Shown here: positions 28,811-37,498 of the stretch, piece after piece
Layout of the letters: each line of letters opens with the position of its first letter
Numbering within the stretch: position 1 is the first letter of the stretch
Source: an uncultured candidatus Brocadiaceae bacterium
GTDB taxonomy: Bacteria; Planctomycetota; Brocadiia; SM23-32
Assembly (NCBI GenBank): GCA_964592385.1
Contig: CAZQEQ010000001.1
Location: forward strand, 18,236 to 82,235
Length of the DNA stretch: 64,000 nt
Direction of reading: 5' to 3'
Notes under the pieces: generated by a model
The model's database searches: none
The model's input: the letters and a program-made list of their open reading frames with translations, nothing else
What the model was told of the DNA's origin: nothing
Program-made: the position numbers and the translations under genes

Positions 28811-30430
28811 TCACGTGCTCGGTCCGCTGCGGCGACGAACGCCGGGCCGCCCGGCGGGGCTCCACGGGGCGTGCTTCACCATCGTGATTTCATTCCCCGC
28901 GTCATTATAGCGGACCTCGTCCATGTAACCCCGTATCAGGGCGATCCCACGCCCCGAGGTCGCCAAGAGGTGCTCCCCGCGCGTCGGGTCGGGCACCTCG
29001 GCCGGGGCGAACCCTTCGCCCTCATCGGCAACCGTGATGACGGCGCGCTCCTCGCCCACCGAGAACGTGACGGTGACCTTCTTCTTGCTGTCCAGCCGAT
29101 TGCCGTGCTTGATGGCGTTTATGGCCGCCTCTTCCACGGCCAGCTTGATGCCGAATATCGTGCTCTCGCCATAGCCCTTATTGCTCAGTGCCGGCAGGAT
29201 CGCATCTTCGACGTGCAGCATTTCCCGCGGTATGCTGGAGATGACGAGCGTCTTGCTGGTCGCCTTCTCGAGCAGCGTTTCCACGCCGAGCACCACGACG
29301 TCGTCCTCCGGCTGTTCAACGAGGCCCGCGAGGTCTCTGACCAGTTCCCGAACGTGGCGGTCGCTGCCGTCGGCGAGGTAACGGCTCAGGGCATCCCGAG
29401 ACCCCTGCCGGCTCCCCGAAGGGAACCCCTCCAAAAGCCCGTCCGTGTAAAACAGGAGCTTATCGTGCTGCTCAAGCTGCATTCTGCGTTGCTGGTACTG
29501 GGGCTGCTCGAACATGCCGACGAACAGGCCCGGCGTATCCAGCGCGATGACCTCGCCGTCGCGGATCACAAGAGGCAGGCAATGCGATGCGTTTACGTAC
29601 TGCAGGGTGAGCAACTCCGTGTCCAGCACGGCCAGGAAGGCCGTCAGGTACTGCCCCGGCAGCAGGTTGCGCACCATTGCCCTGTTCACGTTGCGCAGGA
29701 TGGTCAGCGGGCTCAACTCATTGGCCGCGTAAGTGCGGAACGCCAGACGCGCCGTGGCCATGATAACCGCCGCGGGCAGGCTGTAACCCGACACGTCGGC
29801 GACAACGAACGCCGCAAACTTGTCCGAAAGGTTGATGACGTCGCAGAAGTCGCTGCCCACGAGCCGGCCGGGCCTGGCCTCAACGGCGAACGCAACCCCC
29901 GTCAGGTCCTCGTCCAGCGCGGGCGCGAGGCTCCCCTGCAGTTCGCGAGCCACCTGGGCGTCGCGCCGCAGGAGGCGGGTATGCCGCCTCAGTTGCTCCA
30001 TGCGCGCGCGATCAAGCTCCCGCTGCAGCTTGTTCCGCTCGATGGCGTAGCGAACGCAGCGAGCGAGGACGGCGCTCTCGAACTCGCCTTTCACCAGGTA
30101 GTCCTGGGCGCCGCGCCGCACGGCGTCCATGGCCGCTTCCTCGTCGCACAAGGACGTCAGCACGACGACCCCGGCCGCCGTCGCCGCGCGCACCACGCAG
30201 TCCAGCGTATCCAGGCCGCTGCTGTCGGGAAGGGACAGGTCCAAGAGCACGATGTCGATCCCGCCCCCGGCAAGCCGACCGAGCCCGGCAGAGAGGGAAC
30301 CCGCGCACTCCACGTCGAAGCGGACGCGCGGCGCCTCGGCCAGCATCTCCTGCAGCAACAGGACGTAGTCGGGATCGTCCTCGATCAGCAGGACTTTGAC
30401 GTTCTCGGGCATCGCGTTATCGCCTGCCAT
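28811..30430 (-). CDS. response regulator fused to a PP2C (SpoIIE) phosphatase and an RsbW/SpoIIAB-like HATPase kinase domain
   Basis: REC (VLLIEDDPDY, VLLDLSLPD). PP2C (GSDFCDV, VADVSGYSLPAA, NASHCLP, LFYTDGLLE). HATPase (EEAAINAIKHGN, DEGEGF, GRGIALI). Confidence 0.85.
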   Translation of the reverse strand: MAGDNAMPENVKVLLIEDDPDYVLLLQEMLAEAPRVRFDVECAGSLSAGLGRLAGGGIDIVLLDLSLPDSSGLDTLDCVVRAATAAGVVVLTSLCDEEAAMDAVRRGAQDYLVKGEFESAVLARCVRYAIERNKLQRELDRARMEQLRRHTRLLRRDAQVARELQGSLAPALDEDLTGVAFAVEARPGRLVGSDFCDVINLSDKFAAFVVADVSGYSLPAAVIMATARLAFRTYAANELSPLTILRNVNRAMVRNLLPGQYLTAFLAVLDTELLTLQYVNASHCLPLVIRDGEVIALDTPGLFVGMFEQPQYQQRRMQLEQHDKLLFYTDGLLEGFPSGSRQGSRDALSRYLADGSDRHVRELVRDLAGLVEQPEDDVVVLGVETLLEKATSKTLVISSIPREMLHVEDAILPALSNKGYGESTIFGIKLAVEEAAINAIKHGNRLDSKKKVTVTFSVGEERAVITVADEGEGFAPAEVPDPTRGEHLLATSGRGIALIRGYMDEVRYNDAGNEITMVKHAPWSPAGRPGVRRRSGPST

Positions 30431-30514
30431 TCACACAAAGAAGCCGGCAACCGCCCCACCCCATCAGAGCCCCCCTTGAAAGGGGCCCAAGACCGGCCCG
30501 CGCGCCCAGCGCGC

Positions 30515-30973
30515 TCATTGCACGGCCTGTTCCTGCTGCGGCGGCAGCTCCACGATGTCAAACCAGTACCTGCGAAGGGTCTTCAGCACGTCAACGAGCT
30601 TGTCGAATGTCACGGGCTTCGTCACGTACGAGCTGACACCCAGGTCATAGGAGCGCAGGATGTCCTCTTCGGCCTTGGAGGAAGTGAGCACGACGATCGG
30701 TATCCTCCGCAACTCGGGGTCCGCCTTGATCTCCTTCAGCGCCTCCCGCCCGTCTTTCCTCGGCATGTTCAGGTCCAGCAGGATGATGCCGGGGCGGGGG
30801 GATTCCTGCGGCGAGGCGAACTCACCGCGCCGCCGCAGATAGTCCATCAACTCCTCGCCGTTGCGGACGAAGCGCAGGTCGTTCGCCAGCAGGCCCTCCA
30901 CCCACGCATCCCGCACGAGCATGCGGTCCTCTTCGTCGTCTTCAGCCATCAGGATGGTAACCGACCGCTGCAT
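30515..30973 (-). CDS. single-domain response regulator (CheY/Rcp1-like)
   Basis: ILMAEDDEED, ILLDLNMPRKDG, VVLTSS and YVTKP. The ATG at 30973 overlaps the TGA stop of the kinase gene; a GTG alternative lies at 30976. Confidence 0.9.
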   Translation of the reverse strand: MQRSVTILMAEDDEEDRMLVRDAWVEGLLANDLRFVRNGEELMDYLRRRGEFASPQESPRPGIILLDLNMPRKDGREALKEIKADPELRRIPIVVLTSSKAEEDILRSYDLGVSSYVTKPVTFDKLVDVLKTLRRYWFDIVELPPQQEQAVQ

Positions 30974-33765
30974 CACTCTGTTCCCTCCTCGGCCTGCGTG
31001 ACGGGCAACGTGACGATGAACGTCGAGCCCTCGCCTGGGTTGCTCCGCGCCGTGATCTCGCCCCGGTGGCGCTGAACGATTTTACGGCAAATGGCCAGGC
31101 CAATGCCCGTGCCGCCGTACTCGTCCCGCGGGTGCAGGCGCTGGAAGACGCCGAAGACGCGCTCCAGGTGTCTCTGCTCGAAGCCGATGCCGTTGTCCCC
31201 GACCGTCAGGCGGCAGGACTCCTGCCCGTCCTGGTTCGGGCAGACTTCCCCGGCCACCTCGACGACCGGCGGCACGCCGTCCCTGTGGAACTTCAGGGCG
31301 TTGCCAATCAGGTTCTGGAGCAACTGACGCATCTGCGTGGGGTCCGCGTCAATGGTCGGCAGGTCCCCCACCTGCACCTGCCCTCCCGCCCGTTGCACCT
31401 GCGCCTCCAGGTCCGAGACCACGTCTTCGGCCACCTGGTTCATATCAACGCGAACCAGCGGCTGGCCCTTTGTGGTCACCCGCGACAGGGAAAGGAGGTT
31501 CTCGATCAAGGTGCTCATGCGCGCCGCAGCGTTCTGCATCCGGTCAAGGTAGTCGATCCCCTTGTCGGTGAGCAGATCGGCGCACTTCGACCTGAGCCGG
31601 TCCCCGAAAGCGCGTATCTTCCGCAACGGCTCCTGCAGGTCGTGGGAGGCGACGTATGCGAACTGCTCGAGCTCCGCGTTGGAGCGCTCCAGCTCCGCCA
31701 ATGCTCTCTGAAGCTCCCGTTCGGCGGCCTTTTGCTCGGTAATGTCGCGATCGACGCCGAACGTGAACAGCCGCCCGCCCGACTCGACGCGCACCGACGA
31801 CCACTCGTACACGTTCTCCCTTCCGTCCGGCCTGCGCCAGGAGGCGATGCCCCTTGTCGGCAGCCCTTCCTGGAGCCGCCGGCGGAAGCGTGCCACTTCG
31901 TCGCCGGTCATTCGGACCTCGCGGAACTGGCCGAGGTCCTCCGCGCTTTCCAACTCCTCCCTGGTGCGGCCCGACATCTCCACGTAGCGATCGTTGCAGA
32001 AGATCAGCCGCTCCTTGCCCGTCCGCGGGTTCGATTCGGTGATGTTCACACCATCGAAGGCCGTCTCGGCCAGGAGCCGGAGGCGCTGTTCGCTTCGGCG
32101 GGAGGCCTCCTGGGCCTTCCTGCGCTCGCTGACGTCGAAGATCGCCCCGTCCAGGTACTTCAGCTCCCCGTCCTCGCCGAATATGCCCTGTCCCTTCTCG
32201 TAGAGCCATCGGACGGCGCCGGACGAATCGACGATCCGATACTCGATCTCGTAGGGCTCCCGGCGTTCAACGGCCTGCAGGGCCTCGTCCTCCACCCGGG
32301 AGGCATCGTCGGGGTGGATGATGCTGGCATAGGACCTGACCTGATTGCCCAGGAAGTCGCTGGCAGGATAGCCGGAGATGTCGCGGATGCGCTCGCTGAT
32401 GAACTCCATGGTCCAATGCTCGTCGCACGCGCAGCGATAGACCGCGCCGGGGATGTTGGCGACCAGGGCGCGGAAACGCTCTTCGCTCTCGCTGAGCCGC
32501 GCAGCGGCGCGCTCGCGCTCGGCCACTTCCCTGTCCAGGTCGTCCCGGGAAGCGGTGATGGCCTTCAGGTTTGCGGCCATTTGCTGGAATGCGCGGGACA
32601 GCCGTCCTATCTCGTCCCGCGCGCCCGTGGCCACCTCGTAATCGAAGTCCCCTTTCCCTATGATGTGCGCGCCTTCCTCAAGCCTGGCGATGCGTCGGGA
32701 AACCGACCTGGACACGAATAGCCCGATCGCGAGGCCGAGGCCCGTCACCAGCAAGGCGACCACGTGGATTCCCCGGCGCAGCCGCCTTATGGGCGCGTAG
32801 AGCCTGTCCCTGCTGTGCTCGGTCAGCACCGTCCAGCCGGGGCCGACGCCCGTCGTGCGTCCCGGGGATGAGGCATAGGAGCAGACGACTTCCCGGCCTT
32901 CCTCGTCCTCACGCACGAACGTTCCCGGACGCGCCCTGACGTGCTGATTCGTCAGCCGCGGCGGCAACAGGGCAGAAACATCCTCGAACAATTCGAATGG
33001 CCGCGTGGAGTAAACCAGCCTGCCGTCGCCGGTAAGGAGGCTGTAGGCTTCCGGCCGGTGCTCCTCCGCAATGTCCGCTATGTAAGCGCCGCGCAGCACG
33101 CCGATGATCTCGTCGATGCTGAGCACCACCTTCAGCACGCCGAGGAACTCACCCTCGCGGTCCTGAACCGCAACCGCCACCTCGATCGAGTAAACGTCCG
33201 CGCTCCCGTCATACTGGACGTCTCCGACGTAGACGCCCGCCTCCCGCGCAGCCTGCCACCAGCCCTCGTCGTCCTGCCTGTAGTCGGTGGTCTTTCCCGA
33301 CTGGGCCGCGTTCGCGCCGTGCCGGTTGGTGACGAACATCTCGCCGATCACCCTCTGGCCCCCCTGCCGAGCGTAGAAGGCCATGATGTCCCTGAACTCC
33401 TCGGACAGGCCACAGCCTATCAACCGCTGCATGTCCGGAGTAATGACCTCTCTGGCCGCCAACGTCCACTCGCTGTCAATTCCGTCGATGTAGCGGTCCA
33501 TGTCATCCAGAGCGGCGAACTCGTCGTTGGATTGAGCCAGGGCCTCGCGCAGCCGCGTCGTGCGGCAGTACGCCCGAAATGCCTGCACGCGGTCCTGCAC
33601 GTGCATGTCGATCTGCCGCACCAGCCGGTCCGCGACATCCTGCGACTGCTCCGCGATCTGCTTCTCCAGCGACGTCTCCGCCACTCTGGCCGAGACGTAG
33701 CCGACCACCAGGATCAGCAGCCCGGCCGTCGCGTATCCCAGGATGAGCTTGTGCAGCAGTCTCAA
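30973..33765 (-). CDS. sensor histidine kinase (Cache-like periplasmic domain, HAMP, two PAS, HisKA, HATPase_c)
   Basis: TM1 at the N-terminus and TM2 (VVALLVTGLGLAIGLFV). HAMP follows, then PAS-like blocks. H-box FAYVASHDLQEPL, N-box NLIGNALKFH, G-boxes DNGIGF and GTGIGLA. Confidence 0.9.
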   Translation of the reverse strand: MRLLHKLILGYATAGLLILVVGYVSARVAETSLEKQIAEQSQDVADRLVRQIDMHVQDRVQAFRAYCRTTRLREALAQSNDEFAALDDMDRYIDGIDSEWTLAAREVITPDMQRLIGCGLSEEFRDIMAFYARQGGQRVIGEMFVTNRHGANAAQSGKTTDYRQDDEGWWQAAREAGVYVGDVQYDGSADVYSIEVAVAVQDREGEFLGVLKVVLSIDEIIGVLRGAYIADIAEEHRPEAYSLLTGDGRLVYSTRPFELFEDVSALLPPRLTNQHVRARPGTFVREDEEGREVVCSYASSPGRTTGVGPGWTVLTEHSRDRLYAPIRRLRRGIHVVALLVTGLGLAIGLFVSRSVSRRIARLEEGAHIIGKGDFDYEVATGARDEIGRLSRAFQQMAANLKAITASRDDLDREVAERERAAARLSESEERFRALVANIPGAVYRCACDEHWTMEFISERIRDISGYPASDFLGNQVRSYASIIHPDDASRVEDEALQAVERREPYEIEYRIVDSSGAVRWLYEKGQGIFGEDGELKYLDGAIFDVSERRKAQEASRRSEQRLRLLAETAFDGVNITESNPRTGKERLIFCNDRYVEMSGRTREELESAEDLGQFREVRMTGDEVARFRRRLQEGLPTRGIASWRRPDGRENVYEWSSVRVESGGRLFTFGVDRDITEQKAAERELQRALAELERSNAELEQFAYVASHDLQEPLRKIRAFGDRLRSKCADLLTDKGIDYLDRMQNAAARMSTLIENLLSLSRVTTKGQPLVRVDMNQVAEDVVSDLEAQVQRAGGQVQVGDLPTIDADPTQMRQLLQNLIGNALKFHRDGVPPVVEVAGEVCPNQDGQESCRLTVGDNGIGFEQRHLERVFGVFQRLHPRDEYGGTGIGLAICRKIVQRHRGEITARSNPGEGSTFIVTLPVTQAEEGTE

Positions 33766-33772
33766 GCCCGGC

Positions 33773-36517
33773 TCACCTCACCAGCGTGTACAGGGCGTCC
33801 TTGGGAAGCCTGATTGAGAGACCGGTGTCCGCCCGGGGGGCCGACGCCTTCTCCCCGGTGGGGTAGCCGTTCCCGTCCAGCACAATCGCCGTCCGCTCGC
33901 CGGCACCCGCCAGCGTGACGGCGGCGTCTATCTCCCGCACGTTGAGAGGGTACCCGCCGATCTCCGCGATTCGCTCCTTGTCCCCGACCCGCTCCGTCCG
34001 GAAGCCGTAAGGCCAATCCTCCGTGCCGGCCTGGACCAGGACCGCCCCCGATTCGCGGATGGGCTTGCCGTCCAGGGAGACGATGAGCACCGCGCCGTAC
34101 TCGTTGCCGGACTCAATGGTCACGTCCGCGAGTTCGATGCGACCGGCCGCCTTCAGGAAGCCGCAGGCCCCCTGCGCGCAAGGGGCGTTCACGGTAACGA
34201 CGCCGGTCCCATAGTCCCACTCCAGCTCGCCCGTCATGCTGCGCACGGCCTTGCGCTCGTGGTCGATGTAGTCGGACAGGTCCGCCGTCTCCAGGCGAGA
34301 CGGCTCCTTCGTGAGGATGCGGTTGACCTTCCCGACGAAGAAGGCCAGCCTGTCCACGCGGCTCGCCGCGCTGTCTCCTGCGCCCTCCAGGTCGCCGATC
34401 CTCGAGGTCCAGAGGGAATCCCTGCCCGAGAACTCGTAGAGCGAGGAACCGCTGAAGGAGTAGAGGTCCTTGAAAGAGAGCCTGTCGGTGACGGCCGCGG
34501 GCGCCTCCTTGACGTATCCCCGGCGGAAGGCCAGCGCCGCAGCCGGGAACTGGCCGAGGATGCTCGGGCTGTTGACCTCCCAGACTGCCATTCGCGTGCT
34601 CCAGAGGGCCGTGTCCAGCGAGAAGAAGGTCCACCCGTCCACGCCCATCATCGCCGCGTAGGTGCCGATCAGGAACGGCCATTCGACGCGGAAGCGGTTC
34701 GGCCGGCACCAGCAGTTCTCGGTGATCATGTAGGGATAGTCCTCGACGTGGCCCACGGTGAGCGGTTCGGGCACGGCGGGCGGCTTCAGCCCGCTGCGGC
34801 TGGTGTAGGTGTCGCCCGCGTCGATTGTGTAGAACCGCTCCGGGCGCGGATCATACTCGACGTCGAAATAGACGTTCCGGCAGACCACGTCCCCCGCCGT
34901 GTAGGTGTAGCGCTCCAGCACGCCGAGCGTCTTCGGGTCGGCCGTCTTCCAGTTGCTGCACGCGATCAGGTTCCTGATGCCCAGGTCTTCCCGCCAGTCG
35001 CGGACCATCTTGTCATAGAAGCCCTTCTGCCACTCGACCATGAACTGAAGCTGGTCGGCGGCACGCTTCGGGTTGCGCTGGCTGACGGCCCAGTCCTGGC
35101 CCGTCAGGTGCCCGGCGCCGTAGAGGCCCAGCCTGCCCTCCTGGGGACGGTCCTGGGAGACCGGGTAGAAGCGGGAGGGCGGTTTGCCCGGCCCCCAGGC
35201 CGCCAGGGCCTTCTCGACGGACCCGTGCTTGCGGGCGACCCACTCGCCGAACCGCTTCTCCATCAGCGCCAGCGTCTGCGGCACCAGGCTGTCGGGCTTG
35301 AAGGTCCAGAAGAAGAGGGAACTCTCGTTCTGTATCTCGACGAACGCCACCGCCGGATCGCGCGATATCGGCAGCCCGGTGTAGGGGTTAGGCGCGTTGA
35401 CCAGCGCGTTCACCCACCTCTTGTAGAACGCCTGCATGTTCGGGTCGAAGAAGAGCAGTTCCAGTGGCGTCTTGCCCTCCCCGTAGCCGGGGAATCCGTC
35501 CTTCTCCGAAATGGTCCCGTGCGTCTGCCAGTAGAGGTGGCCGAGATAGACGTAGATGCCCTCTTTCTTCAGGGCAGAGATGACGTAGTGCAGCCGGTCC
35601 AGCTTGTCCTTCAGGCCCTCGGCGTTGCCGGCCTTCCAGTCCTCGTAAGGCCCGATCATGCCGAGCCGGACCAGGTTGACGCCGTACTTGGCAAGCCGCC
35701 GGGCCCAGTAATCCACCATCTTCGGCCTCATGCTCACCAGGGCGCCGCCCTGGACCATCCAGAACCTGACCGGCTCTCCGCCGCCCAAAACGAACCCGTT
35801 TCCCTCCCGGCGGAGGAAGCCGTCCTGCCCCGCCTCGCGCTCGTTCAGGCCGCGCAGGTCTATCGGGCAGGTGTCCAGCAGCGGGTCCCCGGCCGGCTCC
35901 CACGCGAAGTAGCCCGGCATGGCCCGGCCGGACACTTCCTCGGGCTTCATCTTCCCGCGCGGGACGAAGGGACCGTCAATCAGGATGAAGCAATCGAGGC
36001 AGCCGCCGCCCTTGGCGTCGAGCATCTCGACGCGCAGTTCGTGCGCCCCCTTCGCCAGGGAGACCTCGCCGAGGAAGACCCAGTTCGCGCCGATGAACTT
36101 GCGCAGGTACGTGTCGTCGTGCAGCGCGATGTCGCGCCCGCAGGTCGCCCAGTCGGCGGAATCGAAGCGCCAGCGGAACGGCCCGTGCTTCCAGAACTTC
36201 CTGACCCAGAAGTTGTACGCGGCCCGTGCGGGAACGTTCACACGGTAGGTCACGTAATAGGGCGTGGCAGATTCCGGCCCCTGGGGGTTGAGCCACCGGC
36301 CGCCGGAGAGCTTGTCGCGCTCCTGCTGGGTGTTGCCGCCGGGAAACTCCTGGGAGGGGTCCGGCACGTTCGTCTCCGCGTAGTCCTCGCCCTCCCACCA
36401 GACGTAACGCGGCGCCTGTTCCGCGCAGAGCGCGAACCCCGCAGAAGCAAAAAGGCCGACAGCCGCCACCAGGTACGCCTTCCTCAGCCACCTTGCACGC
36501 GAGAACTCACCCGCCAT
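33773..36517 (-). CDS. large secreted glycoside-hydrolase-like protein (TIM barrel with NE motif; family unresolved)
   Basis: Signal peptide AAVGLFASAGFALCA. YGVNLVRLG, and FVEIQNESSLFFW as a candidate acid/base NE. 914 aa. Confidence 0.65.
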   Translation of the reverse strand: MAGEFSRARWLRKAYLVAAVGLFASAGFALCAEQAPRYVWWEGEDYAETNVPDPSQEFPGGNTQQERDKLSGGRWLNPQGPESATPYYVTYRVNVPARAAYNFWVRKFWKHGPFRWRFDSADWATCGRDIALHDDTYLRKFIGANWVFLGEVSLAKGAHELRVEMLDAKGGGCLDCFILIDGPFVPRGKMKPEEVSGRAMPGYFAWEPAGDPLLDTCPIDLRGLNEREAGQDGFLRREGNGFVLGGGEPVRFWMVQGGALVSMRPKMVDYWARRLAKYGVNLVRLGMIGPYEDWKAGNAEGLKDKLDRLHYVISALKKEGIYVYLGHLYWQTHGTISEKDGFPGYGEGKTPLELLFFDPNMQAFYKRWVNALVNAPNPYTGLPISRDPAVAFVEIQNESSLFFWTFKPDSLVPQTLALMEKRFGEWVARKHGSVEKALAAWGPGKPPSRFYPVSQDRPQEGRLGLYGAGHLTGQDWAVSQRNPKRAADQLQFMVEWQKGFYDKMVRDWREDLGIRNLIACSNWKTADPKTLGVLERYTYTAGDVVCRNVYFDVEYDPRPERFYTIDAGDTYTSRSGLKPPAVPEPLTVGHVEDYPYMITENCWCRPNRFRVEWPFLIGTYAAMMGVDGWTFFSLDTALWSTRMAVWEVNSPSILGQFPAAALAFRRGYVKEAPAAVTDRLSFKDLYSFSGSSLYEFSGRDSLWTSRIGDLEGAGDSAASRVDRLAFFVGKVNRILTKEPSRLETADLSDYIDHERKAVRSMTGELEWDYGTGVVTVNAPCAQGACGFLKAAGRIELADVTIESGNEYGAVLIVSLDGKPIRESGAVLVQAGTEDWPYGFRTERVGDKERIAEIGGYPLNVREIDAAVTLAGAGERTAIVLDGNGYPTGEKASAPRADTGLSIRLPKDALYTLVR

Positions 36518-36640
36518 CAGGTCTTCCTCCCGAACAGGTCACACACGGCGCCACCTCACGACACGCGCCTTCCCCAAGTGTAAGGGAACGGCCGAAGGAA
36601 TCAAACCGCCGGCCGCGACGCCGTGAGCAGGAGCCGTCAC

Positions 36641-37444
36641 TCAGAGGATACGGAACGGGTCGCCGGCGGGCACGAACGTGACGGGCACCCCCGGCACGAG
36701 AGGGCGCAGCCACTCGGCGAAGTACTCCATGCCGACCTCCTCGCTGTTGCGGTGACCGACGACCAGGAGGCCCTTGCTCTGCCCCGCGGCGGCGGCGTCC
36801 CGCACGTACTCGCAGGTCTCCCACTCGTGCGTTTCGCCGCAGACGAGCACGTCCACGTCCTCCCGGCCGATCCTGCGCATCTGGGGCTCACCCGGCGAGC
36901 CGAAGCCCAGCAGCACGGCCACCCGGCGGCACTCCATGTCCGGGTCTCCCGTGGCGCGGGCGAACTCGAAGCCGAGTCGTTCCTCGAGCAGCGCCGCCAG
37001 ACCGCGCAGCGTGGTCTGCGGGATGGTGTAGAGCCCGCTGTCGGGCGGGTCGGCGAGGCCCTCCCAGCCCAGGCGCCGCTCCACGCCGGTCATGATCCCG
37101 TCGGGCCTGCCGGCCCGGTTGCCGTGCCAGTACTCGTGGAACCGCCAGACGGCCAGGCGGTTCTCCTCGAGGAAGCGGCGCTTGGACTCGTACACCGGGT
37201 CGTCCACGAGCCATTCCACCGCGTCGGGGTGGTTGTAGTAGGTGCCCTCGTGGGTGATGACCATGTTCGCCCCCAACTCGACCGTCCGGTCCAGCACGTC
37301 CCGCGTCGCGGTGAAGGTGCTGACGATGCCCGTGACCTCCCACGACGGGTCCCCCGCCTTCAGCGTGTCGAGGGTCCCCTCGCGCGGCGCGCCGGGGATG
37401 GTCGCGAAGATCGCGTCTATGACCTGCTGCACGGTAAAATCCAT
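36641..37444 (-). CDS. Nif3-like dinuclear metal centre protein (DUF34/GTP cyclohydrolase 1 type 2 homologue)
   Basis: VTGIVSTFTATRDVLDRTVELGANMVITHEGTYY and C-terminal LLVVGHRNSEE. The ATG at 37444 follows GGAAGGGAGAA. Confidence 0.85.
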   Translation of the reverse strand: MDFTVQQVIDAIFATIPGAPREGTLDTLKAGDPSWEVTGIVSTFTATRDVLDRTVELGANMVITHEGTYYNHPDAVEWLVDDPVYESKRRFLEENRLAVWRFHEYWHGNRAGRPDGIMTGVERRLGWEGLADPPDSGLYTIPQTTLRGLAALLEERLGFEFARATGDPDMECRRVAVLLGFGSPGEPQMRRIGREDVDVLVCGETHEWETCEYVRDAAAAGQSKGLLVVGHRNSEEVGMEYFAEWLRPLVPGVPVTFVPAGDPFRIL

Positions 37445-37498
37445 CGGTTTCTCCCTTCCATGACGGCGCACAGGAACGCCGGGACGCCGCCATCTTCC

